Shown here in pieces: positions 17,951 to 24,968 of a stretch of DNA of 25,935 nucleotides. The DNA is from a virus. Lineage: Duplodnaviria > Caudoviricetes. The stretch spans positions 1 through 25,935 of IMG/VR virus record IMGVR_UViG_3300025389_000106; one strand, written 5' to 3'. How positions within the stretch are numbered: the first letter of the stretch is position 1; each line of letters opens with the position of its first letter. The notes under the pieces are model-generated. The model did not search any database, was not told where the DNA came from, and saw nothing but the letters and a program-made list of their open reading frames with translations. The translations under genes were made by a program, and so were the position numbers.

Positions 17951-19711
17951 TTATGCCGTAGCGTTTCCAGTAAGTTGTCCAATTTGAATGACAACAAACT
18001 CAGCCGGATATTCTAGTGCAACGCCAACTGTAATATTGACTTTTCCATTTTGGATGTCAGTAAATGAGTTGTTTGAATCGTTACAAATTACGTAGTAAGC
18101 TTGAGCAGAAGTATTTCCACGCAAGTTTCCATTATTCCAGTATGCAAAGAGGAAGCTATTGAGAGCAGTATTGATTCTTGTCCATAGACGATAATCATTG
18201 TTCTCAAATAGAGCAAACGAAGTTAGCTCTGTCAAAGTCTTCTCGATGTAAATCAAGGAACGACGAATGTTGATGTAGCGGTTATTTGGAGTGTTATCCA
18301 AAGTACGGCCACCCATGATGACAATACCGGCACCAGGAACCTGGCGAATAGTATTGACTGGATCTGTGGAGGTATTCAAAGAATCAAGTTCAGCATTTGT
18401 GAACGAGTGTTCTGTTGATACTGCCAAGGCAATGCGGTTCTGAAGACCGGCAGGTGTCTTAGCTGGACCACGAGCTGCATCTGTAGCAATGTACTGTCCT
18501 ACTACCGCAGCACCCGGAGCCTGCAAACGAGTTGCGCCTGGGATCTTTGTTGGGTCTGGAATGTTAACCCATGGGTAGTAAGCTGCTGCAATGTTTCCTG
18601 TAGTAGATGCGGCAGCTGCAGCGGCAATGGCAGAGACCTGAGTCTGTGCAGAGGTGGCTGAAAGACCTGACAAAGTATCGACAACTACAAAGCAGTCTGT
18701 ACGAGACGCTGCATAAATAATAGCGTCGCCATGATACTGAGTAGCAACTGTAGAAGTAGACTGGTACGAGGCATCTGGTGCGTAAAGTACCAGGCTGCTT
18801 CCAATAGAATCAAATGTAGACCATGCTGTTGAGTAGTCTGTACGGGCAGGTGCTGCACCGTCAAGACCACCAGAGAAGCTTACGTTTGAAGAAGTTGTTG
18901 CTGGAAACTTTGCTGTGTTGATGTTAGAGATTGTCAAGATATTAGACTGTGCAGGAATTACGGCACCTACATAGTTAGCATCTGTAGAAGACATGCTCAA
19001 GTCTGTATAAGATTCTACCAAGGTATTAGAAGTAATTCCATTTACCGTGGTGGTAGCAAAGAGGTTCATGTTAAAGCGAGTGTTTACTCCGCCTGTAGCA
19101 ATCTGAACCGAGTAGTTATTTCCCCAAGACCCTGGGTTAGAGATGGTTAGGGTAAATACGTTTGAAGCTGTGTAGGTAACTGTTGCTGTACCGCTTGCAC
19201 CACTTACTGAGGCGCCAGAGCTACCTGTCAGAGTAAACTGAGTAGAGGTTGCAGATACGATAGTTGCATTGGTTACGTTAAAGGCGCTGGTGCTAAGACC
19301 AGTGACTGTTACGCTTTGACCTGCTGAAAATGTGTTGTTAGCTGTATATGTAATGGTTCCGCCTGAGTAGCTTGCTGCAGTTATGGTGGCGGTGTTTGTA
19401 CCAGATACGCCATCGGTAAGAACTGTAGAAGCAGCAGAAGAACCTGAGCCTACGACACGCTTTACATAAAGACCACGGCCATTATTTGCAAAATAATTGT
19501 ATGCGGCCCATGTGGTTGGATAAGAGTCATTCAATCCACCGAAAGTATTCTTAAAGTCACTCCAGGTACTTACGTACACTGGGGCTGCAATAGGACCTTG
19601 TGCAAGAGCACCAGCAAAGGCGGCAACAGCTGTTGACGTATCTGCAGGGGTAATTGCCTGAGGTAGAGCTACTTCTTGGATGTAGACTCCGGGGCGGCTG
19701 TATGTTGCCAT
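17951..19711 (-). CDS. Contractile tail sheath protein
   Basis: PGVYIQE N-terminus; AAYYPW; KTPAG; IMGGRTL...RYINIRR...FENND...VGVALEYPAEFV. TAAGGAG SD. Confidence 0.96.
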   Translation of the reverse strand: MATYSRPGVYIQEVALPQAITPADTSTAVAAFAGALAQGPIAAPVYVSTWSDFKNTFGGLNDSYPTTWAAYNYFANNGRGLYVKRVVGSGSSAASTVLTDGVSGTNTATITAASYSGGTITYTANNTFSAGQSVTVTGLSTSAFNVTNATIVSATSTQFTLTGSSGASVSGASGTATVTYTASNVFTLTISNPGSWGNNYSVQIATGGVNTRFNMNLFATTTVNGITSNTLVESYTDLSMSSTDANYVGAVIPAQSNILTISNINTAKFPATTSSNVSFSGGLDGAAPARTDYSTAWSTFDSIGSSLVLYAPDASYQSTSTVATQYHGDAIIYAASRTDCFVVVDTLSGLSATSAQTQVSAIAAAAAASTTGNIAAAYYPWVNIPDPTKIPGATRLQAPGAAVVGQYIATDAARGPAKTPAGLQNRIALAVSTEHSFTNAELDSLNTSTDPVNTIRQVPGAGIVIMGGRTLDNTPNNRYINIRRSLIYIEKTLTELTSFALFENNDYRLWTRINTALNSFLFAYWNNGNLRGNTSAQAYYVICNDSNNSFTDIQNGKVNITVGVALEYPAEFVVIQIGQLTGNATA

Positions 19712-19768
19712 TCCGGTTACTCCTTAGGGTTAGGTTGTTTGGTTGACATTTAGTTATTATGTTCCGGA

Positions 19769-20368
19769 TTATTCGGTAAAGGATACCGTTTGGTATGTAG
19801 TCGTGATTATAGGCTTTTGTGTTACTTGGTATAGCTGGTTAATTACATCCTGGAAGAGTTCTGCACTTATCCGGATGTTATATACATTATTAAAGAGACG
19901 CTTTTCATTTTCTGTAGTGTCTCTTTTTGAAAAGCTCAACATATCCAAACGACGGTTGGTACCGTCCTCGGGTATAGAGAGCTGCCCAAATCTAAACGGA
20001 AGTCTACCATAAGAAAACAGCTGGGCTATGATTGCCCTGTCATGACGTGGCTGACGAGACCAGGTAGATATCTGGTAAAACAGTTGTACTGGGATAGGAA
20101 AGTCAGTTTGTACAGGGGTGGAGGTTACACCCTCTGGGGTGTAGAAAGTCTGGTCTGGAATGGTCACAGTTCCACGATGGGCTCGGTCTACTTCCTCAGA
20201 TATACCCACCAAGTCAATAGTGATGTATGGGTAGGACTGTTGCCGGATTTCCTTTTCAGGTTGGCCATAGAATACGTTTACCGGACGGGCAGAATTTCCT
20301 CCATCAGATACAGTCATGCCAGTTAGCAAAGACTTAAGGGCAGCTTCCTCATTAAGGATAAAAGGCAT
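19769..20368 (-). CDS. Tail terminator/completion protein (Pvc16/Afp16-like)
   Basis: Immediately upstream of the sheath; YPYITIDLVGISE and PIPVQLFYQISTWSR pattern. Confidence 0.7.
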   Translation of the reverse strand: MPFILNEEAALKSLLTGMTVSDGGNSARPVNVFYGQPEKEIRQQSYPYITIDLVGISEEVDRAHRGTVTIPDQTFYTPEGVTSTPVQTDFPIPVQLFYQISTWSRQPRHDRAIIAQLFSYGRLPFRFGQLSIPEDGTNRRLDMLSFSKRDTTENEKRLFNNVYNIRISAELFQDVINQLYQVTQKPIITTTYQTVSFTE

Positions 20369-20637
20369 TACACTCCTCCAATCATAAATGTCCTGAGAGC
20401 AGGAGATGGTGGAACACTCTGAGTGCCGTACTCAAGAGTAAGGATCTGTTCCTCAAGATGCTTTGGATATGTGATGGTGTGGTTCTCTCCATCATGATAC
20501 ATAGAGAGGCTTGAGACTAGATGATCGGGCCACCCGTAAGCTTTGGTATGTTCACGAAGCTTGGTTGTATATCCGGCAGTAGCTGCTCGCTCAGCACGCC
20601 TCAATGCATGGTTGAATACTGATGTAAGACTAGCCAT
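20368..20637 (-). CDS. Putative neck/tail-completion protein (HK97 gp10-like LEYGT motif)
   Basis: LEYGT...PSPALRTF motif; TAATG-coupled to the terminator-protein gene. Confidence 0.55.
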   Translation of the reverse strand: MASLTSVFNHALRRAERAATAGYTTKLREHTKAYGWPDHLVSSLSMYHDGENHTITYPKHLEEQILTLEYGTQSVPPSPALRTFMIGGV

Positions 20638-20794
20638 TTTTCTTGAGAACTTTCGCTAGCAGAAGACCTGTTATTGCACCGAGGACTACTTTTTTCTCCC
20701 CAGTTTTTGCAGTAAGGTTTGCTGCTCCACGAATGAACTCAACACGGTCAGCATCAGTTTCCTGAGCTGCCAGTTTCTTGGCAAGGTAAATCAT
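20630..20794 (-). CDS. Small protein with a hydrophobic C-terminal helix (54 aa)
   Basis: Start reassigned to ATG 20794, 5 nt after GGAGG (20800-20804): MIYLAKKLAAQETDADRVEFIRG...VVLGAITGLLLAKVLKKNG. Confidence 0.65.
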   Translation of the reverse strand: MIYLAKKLAAQETDADRVEFIRGAANLTAKTGEKKVVLGAITGLLLAKVLKKNG

Positions 20795-20867
20795 CATATC
20801 CTCCATAGGAAGGCGCAGGGGGTAAAGCAGCAGGGTTCCAGATTTCTCTGGCGTCAAGGTAATCATA
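20795..20867 (-). promoter_or_regulatory. Structured 5' leader of the tail operon (possible -10 box, GAAA hairpin, SD-sequestering hairpin)
   Basis: Minus strand TATGAT (20862-20867, no -35), CCAGA-GAAA-TCTGG (20838-20851), CCTTC-CTAT-GGAGG (20800-20813). Confidence 0.4.
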
Positions 20868-20894
20868 AAGGAAAAGCCCCCTCAGGGGGGGCTT
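20866..20894 (-). terminator. Rho-independent terminator
   Basis: Minus strand AAGCCCCC-CCTGA-GGGGGCTT followed by TTCCTTT, a few nt after the TAATAG double stop. Confidence 0.8.
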
Positions 20895-20899
20895 AACTA

Positions 20900-21037
20900 T
20901 TACTTCTTTGCCTTTTTCTTTACGGTCTTCTTGACCTTCTTAGCTAGTTTGGCATCATTCTTTTCATCCTGAGCTTCAAACTTTTTCTTTTGGGCTGCTG
21001 TCATGCCCTTTTCAAACTTGCTATCCTTGTGAGCCAT
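20900..21037 (-). CDS. Lys-rich microprotein (45 aa)
   Basis: MAHKDSKFEKGMTAAQKKKFEAQDEKNDAKLAKKVKKTVKKKAKK* (17 Lys). ATG abuts the upstream TAA; AAGAAGGG upstream. Confidence 0.8.
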   Translation of the reverse strand: MAHKDSKFEKGMTAAQKKKFEAQDEKNDAKLAKKVKKTVKKKAKK

Positions 21038-21091
21038 TTAGCCCTTCTTTCCGCAGGTGCAGTTATCGCACTTGCATTCTGGTGTTGTCAT
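21038..21091 (-). CDS. Cys-rich metallothionein-like micropeptide (17 aa)
   Basis: MTTPECKCDNCTCGKKG*. ATGA overlap with the upstream stop, AAGGT SD-like motif, and it exactly fills the gap to the next ATG. Confidence 0.6.
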   Translation of the reverse strand: MTTPECKCDNCTCGKKG

Positions 21092-21660
21092 TTACTTACC
21101 TTTCCAAATACATTGGTTGCCGGTGAGGACATTGTAGCAGTCTGAGTAGCCATTGTGGGCTGCTGAAACTGTAAAGACATTTTTGGTGTAGAGGTCGGAG
21201 CCATTACTGTAGGTCTTGGCATTGGGGTAGATGCGTGGGAAGTTCCCATAGAAGTACCTGCTGGTAGGGCCTGATTAGGTCCTATTCCAAGATGTGCCTG
21301 CATAAAGGTGGCGTTACGACCACTCTCTGACATCTCCCTAGCCATCTCACCTTGCTTAGGAGTCATTCCCCAGTTAGGACTTTGCATCTGCATTTCTTGT
21401 CCCAGATGGGACTGCATGAAAGCTGGGGAACGTCCACTAGTACGCATAGCTGAAACTGAGTTATTGGCTAAGTTCCAATTAGCTTGGGACATTGAATTTT
21501 GGGAAGGCATGATGCCGTAACTGGATGTTCTGTTGCTACCTGGTGTGATTGGCTCAATACCAAGAGTAGGCACAGACATGGTCTTACCACCTATGTTGAC
21601 AACGCCACCTCCGGTTGCAGAGGGGGCTTTGATCATAGGTGGTGTTACGGCATTTGCCAT
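21088..21660 (-). CDS. Met/Ser/Thr/Pro-rich, probably disordered protein with an internal repeat
   Basis: 190 aa, 19 Met, no Cys or Asp. Repeat MRTSGRSPAFMQSHLG / MSESGRNATFMQAHLG. TAAGG SD. Confidence 0.75.
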   Translation of the reverse strand: MANAVTPPMIKAPSATGGGVVNIGGKTMSVPTLGIEPITPGSNRTSSYGIMPSQNSMSQANWNLANNSVSAMRTSGRSPAFMQSHLGQEMQMQSPNWGMTPKQGEMAREMSESGRNATFMQAHLGIGPNQALPAGTSMGTSHASTPMPRPTVMAPTSTPKMSLQFQQPTMATQTATMSSPATNVFGKVSK

Positions 21661-21666
21661 TTAACC

Positions 21667-21759
21667 TTACTTACCCTTCTTGGTGCTTTTGGTGCCCTTT
21701 TTCTTGCAGGCGCCTTTGCAGTTTGGCTTTGAGCAGCCACATCCACATGCTTTGCACAT
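21667..21759 (-). CDS. Cys/Lys-rich metallothionein-like microprotein (30 aa)
   Basis: MCKACGCGCSKPNCKGACKKKGTKSTKKGK* (6 Cys, 10 Lys). Starts 2 nt after the upstream stop. Confidence 0.72.
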   Translation of the reverse strand: MCKACGCGCSKPNCKGACKKKGTKSTKKGK

Positions 21760-21761
21760 AT

Positions 21762-21953
21762 TTATTTACCCTTCTTGTGAGTTTTATGCCACTGCCGTCC
21801 AGCAGCAATTCCATCTTTTACTGTCTTAATCTTAGCATCTTTTTTGGTAAGATCCATAGTAGGACCTCCGCCATCTGGATGGCTTACGATAACATCACCC
21901 TTTTTATTCTTAACGAACTTGTGGGTCTTACCGTCAATCTTTACCTTAGCCAT
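21762..21953 (-). CDS. Lys-rich small protein (63 aa)
   Basis: In the ORF track; 16 Lys; TAATG-coupled to the upstream ORF. Confidence 0.8.
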   Translation of the reverse strand: MAKVKIDGKTHKFVKNKKGDVIVSHPDGGGPTMDLTKKDAKIKTVKDGIAAGRQWHKTHKKGK

Positions 21954-22129
21954 TAGCCTTTAACCTTATTAAGCTTAGGGTTCTTCTTATGAGCTTTCTT
22001 AGAAGCTCCACGGGAAGATGCCGCTAGGATACGGTCAGCCGCCTCCTGAGAGACACCTTCCTTCTTAGCAATCTTAGATGAGGCTTTGTCAAAGCCTGGG
22101 TGTTTCTTACTTGCCTTTTTTGCTGCCAT
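21953..22129 (-). CDS. Lys/Ala-rich microprotein (58 aa)
   Basis: MAAKKASKKHPGFDKASSKIAKKEGVSQEAADRILAASSRGASKKAHKKNPKLNKVKG* (15 Lys). Overlaps both neighbours. Confidence 0.8.
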   Translation of the reverse strand: MAAKKASKKHPGFDKASSKIAKKEGVSQEAADRILAASSRGASKKAHKKNPKLNKVKG

Positions 22130-22250
22130 TTTTCTTCTTCACCTTCTTGGGTAGTTTCTTACCTTTGGGAGTATGTTCCTCCCACTTTTCTGCCATCTTG
22201 GGATCGTTAGCGTACATCCACTTACGCTGAGATTGAGACTTAAACGGCAT
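22107..22250 (-). CDS. Lys-rich microprotein (47 aa)
   Basis: MPFKSQSQRKWMYANDPKMAEKWEEHTPKGKKLPKKVKKKNGSKKGK* (15 Lys). TAATG overlap with the upstream gene. Confidence 0.8.
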   Translation of the reverse strand: MPFKSQSQRKWMYANDPKMAEKWEEHTPKGKKLPKKVKKKNGSKKGK

Positions 22251-22744
22251 TATCCGACGTTATAGATGGTTAGGTTAGCTGATGGAGATGCTGGGCGAGT
22301 TGGGTTAGTACCAGCCGCTGTAGCAATTAGTGACATCCCCGATGCACCAGACCACCAGTGAAATTGGATATAGTCCCCAGCAACAATTGAAATAGGGGCT
22401 TCAATATTTGCTAATACTTGTGAATTCTGAGCACTAGCTGTAGTAAAGGTAAAAGCAGAAGACGGAACCTGAACACCGTTTTTAGAAAACCAACAAGTAA
22501 TGTGGTAGTCACTTGTTCCACCAGTAAAGTTAAACTGACCTAAAAAGTTAAGGTTGTAGGTGCCAGGTACAGCAAAAACAATCTTGCTAGTATCTGAACC
22601 AAGAGCCATTCCTTTAGTTAAGTTTGTTGTATCCCAAGTAATTAAGTTATCTGAGGTGGTCCCACCACTAGCTTGGCTTGTACTTCTAGCAAAGTTACCG
22701 TAGTAAAGAATAGCTGCGGGAGATAATGATTTCTTTACGCTCAT
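22250..22744 (-). CDS. C1q/TNF-like (BclA C-terminal-like) beta-sandwich virion protein
   Basis: ITWDTT...SKIVFAVPGTYNLNF...WFSKNG...AGDYIQF pattern of trimeric jelly-roll domains. Confidence 0.6.
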   Translation of the reverse strand: MSVKKSLSPAAILYYGNFARSTSQASGGTTSDNLITWDTTNLTKGMALGSDTSKIVFAVPGTYNLNFLGQFNFTGGTSDYHITCWFSKNGVQVPSSAFTFTTASAQNSQVLANIEAPISIVAGDYIQFHWWSGASGMSLIATAAGTNPTRPASPSANLTIYNVG

Positions 22745-23052
22745 GCTGTTGTCACCAACAATACCGCTACGTTAGAAGAGCCGCTTGAGATTGCCCACAC
22801 ATTTTCATTTCCTCCGAGGAGGTCAATTGAAACAGAAGCCCCTGGTACTAAAGAGATACCATAGTTTGAAGAGGTAACTCCAGAGGCGCCAAGATATACG
22901 GTAGCAGCGGTGTCTACGTTTTCAACGTATACGGTGGCTGACTGCCAAGTGTAATTTTTTTCACCAGTTACTGGGTCTGTAATTATTGCGTTTGCGTTTA
23001 AGTCAACAGCTGTTGAACTGTTAAGTGCAACTGTTGCATGAGATAGTGCCAT
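22741..23052 (-). CDS. Small beta-rich virion (decoration-like) protein
   Basis: VYVENVD..TVYLGASGVTSSNYGISLVPGASVSI..VWAIS pattern; TAAGGAG SD. Confidence 0.55.
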   Translation of the reverse strand: MALSHATVALNSSTAVDLNANAIITDPVTGEKNYTWQSATVYVENVDTAATVYLGASGVTSSNYGISLVPGASVSIDLLGGNENVWAISSGSSNVAVLLVTTA

Positions 23053-23060
23053 GGGTCTCC

Positions 23061-23591
23061 TTAGTTGGCGTACTGTGCAAATTGAGGGTCATTAACCATT
23101 TCTTCTGGCATGACCTGAATACAATCAATAGCAAGTAAAGTATAGCGCTCTGTAACAATGCCGCGTTGCTGAGTGAGGTATGGGCGGTAAACTTGACCTT
23201 TCCATACTACGCGGCTTTTATCTTGAGAGCCAATGTTTTGAATAGCTGACTCAAAGCCAGGGTCAATTGCATTGAGGTCGTCAATGTTTAAAGTTAAGTG
23301 AAGCTCATCGGCCTTATAGAAACCAGCCTCAGATGTCTTAGCTGAGCCCTGAGCAATAACTGCGCGGACTACAGGAATAGGGTATGGGCCAGTCCACTTA
23401 CGGCCGCCGCCAGATACAGATATGTTATCGCCAACATCGTAGATTGGGTCTACAGTTGTATTGACGGCATCAAAGAACCACCATTGGGCGTGGGTACCAA
23501 CTGGGTTTCTAAGCTCAGAGTTAACACCAGCTAGGATGTCATTTGTTTCAAAGTCGGAATCAAACCGACCGCCTTGCGTATATCCGCGCAT
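23061..23591 (-). CDS. Putative head-closure / head-tail joining protein
   Basis: 176 aa with TAAGGAGG SD; beta-rich with SRVVWKGQVY. Function is inferred mainly from position. Confidence 0.5.
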   Translation of the reverse strand: MRGYTQGGRFDSDFETNDILAGVNSELRNPVGTHAQWWFFDAVNTTVDPIYDVGDNISVSGGGRKWTGPYPIPVVRAVIAQGSAKTSEAGFYKADELHLTLNIDDLNAIDPGFESAIQNIGSQDKSRVVWKGQVYRPYLTQQRGIVTERYTLLAIDCIQVMPEEMVNDPQFAQYAN

Positions 23592-23600
23592 GATGCCTCC

Positions 23601-24968
23601 TTAGTTAACTGGGTAACGAATGATTAGTAATCCAGAACCGCCCGAACCACCACCAGTAGAGCTTCCGCCGCCTGCTCCTCCGCCGCCACCGCCGCCAGAG
23701 TTAGTTAACGCATTTCCTCCAGATGTTCCAATAGGTGCCGCAGTTCCAGCGCCGCCGCCGCCGTATCCACCTGCACCAGCCACACCACCTCCTCCGCCAT
23801 AAGCTCCACCGCCACCGCCACCAGCAATGTAATAGGTGCCGCCAACGTTAACTCCTGTTTGAGTTGCGTAATGCCAAGCAGAGAACAAAGAAGTACCGAC
23901 TCCACCAGAACCAGCAGTGTTTCCAGATGAATTTCCGCCAGCGGCGCCTGCTCCACCTCCACCACCAGTTGGATAGCCTCCTGGGTTTGTTGCTGTTCCC
24001 CCAGCGTTCCCATATCCGTACCCGCCACCTGAAGAAGTTTGAAGGGCCGAACCTGCGGAAGTTGCGTTGAATCCACCTCCGCCGCCAGAACCGCCGCTTA
24101 CTCCAGCAGCGCCGTTGGTTGCAGATGCTCCGCCACCAATTGCAGATAAAGCTATAGGTCCACCGTTAAAACTAGAGTTACTTCCGTTATTTCCAGTACC
24201 AGCTCCGCTTAGCTTTGCCCCGCCACCACCCACTGTGCAGGTATAGCCAGTTCCTGCGCTAAATGTTTGATTTGGTGCCCAAAGAACACCTCCAGCACCA
24301 GCACCCGCTGCCGTATCCCAACCAGCTGACGCACCACCCGCCACTACAAGCACTTCTGCATTCTTAATTTGCTCGGTAGGTTGAAAAGTTCCCGAAGAAG
24401 TAAAGGTATGATAAATATAGTTACCCGCGCCCACTACAGTCCCGCCAGTTGCTTTAGCTCCTGAACCAATTCCGTAAAGAGTAAAGGTAGAGTATTGAAC
24501 AAAGGAACCTTGAATTGGAGCAATAACTAAACTTGTTATTGCCGATGTGTTAGCCCAAAGATTTGCGCCCAACCAAGCAATTGCTACTGACCCATTGTTT
24601 TCAGTAACCGCATCAACTGACCAACTTTTGTTATTTGATGACGTATAATTTGGAATATAAATTTCAACATTTGAAAACGTGTTTGTTGTTGCAGTAGAAC
24701 CAGCAGCAAACCCACCTGTTGGATTTGTGTCAACATTAGAGTACGCGCCTGAACCTTGTCCGTATACAGATTTAGAGCTCAGACCAGTTGTGGAATTAGT
24801 TGGCCGCAGTTGAACGTCTGCCCAAGTAGTAGTTCCATTTTGTGAGGTAGAACGAGCCGACGTAACAATCTTTAAATCTGTATAGTTTTGAGGGATATTA
24901 TTAAACGTAATTGATGTTTCGCCGCCAGCACATACAATAGTCTGAATAGCAGAGTATGTTTTAGCCAT
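23601..24968 (-). CDS. Glycine-rich virion fibre/appendage protein
   Basis: N-domain SITFNNIPQNYTDL...FTLYGI, then KATGG..YIYHTFTSSGTF..VLVVAGG, GGGGG repeats and C-terminal GGSGLLIIRY. Confidence 0.8.
   Translation of the reverse strand: MAKTYSAIQTIVCAGGETSITFNNIPQNYTDLKIVTSARSTSQNGTTTWADVQLRPTNSTTGLSSKSVYGQGSGAYSNVDTNPTGGFAAGSTATTNTFSNVEIYIPNYTSSNNKSWSVDAVTENNGSVAIAWLGANLWANTSAITSLVIAPIQGSFVQYSTFTLYGIGSGAKATGGTVVGAGNYIYHTFTSSGTFQPTEQIKNAEVLVVAGGASAGWDTAAGAGAGGVLWAPNQTFSAGTGYTCTVGGGGAKLSGAGTGNNGSNSSFNGGPIALSAIGGGASATNGAAGVSGGSGGGGGFNATSAGSALQTSSGGGYGYGNAGGTATNPGGYPTGGGGGAGAAGGNSSGNTAGSGGVGTSLFSAWHYATQTGVNVGGTYYIAGGGGGGAYGGGGGVAGAGGYGGGGAGTAAPIGTSGGNALTNSGGGGGGGAGGGSSTGGGSGGSGLLIIRYPVN

Noticed and set aside
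19712-19768. Promoter in the intergenic region before the sheath (plus-strand TTGACA at 19743; minus-strand CATAAT; CCGGA repeats)
   Set aside because: Neither box has a correctly spaced partner; the region looks like an unstructured A/C-rich leader with a strong SD.
7485-20368. Bacterial eCIS, tailocin or T6SS locus
   Set aside because: No Afp15-like AAA+ ATPase, effectors or membrane complex; flanked by phage initiator, loader and helicase genes and by head-side genes with phage-like gene packing.
20795-20866. N-terminal extension of the 78-aa ORF, or a known riboswitch/ribozyme
   Set aside because: The GGAGG SD supports a start at 20794. I could not match hammerhead, HDV, twister or SAM-family consensus by eye, so it is kept only as an unclassified leader.
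803-21956. All plus-strand ORFs in the track (e.g. 803-985, 1049-1327, 11072-11362, 19743-20012, 21639-21956)
   Set aside because: Each lies antisense to well-supported minus-strand genes and has no recognisable motif.
23620-24076. Proline-rich plus-strand ORF and other short overlapping ORFs
   Set aside because: These are antisense or alternate-frame shadows of GGN glycine codon runs.
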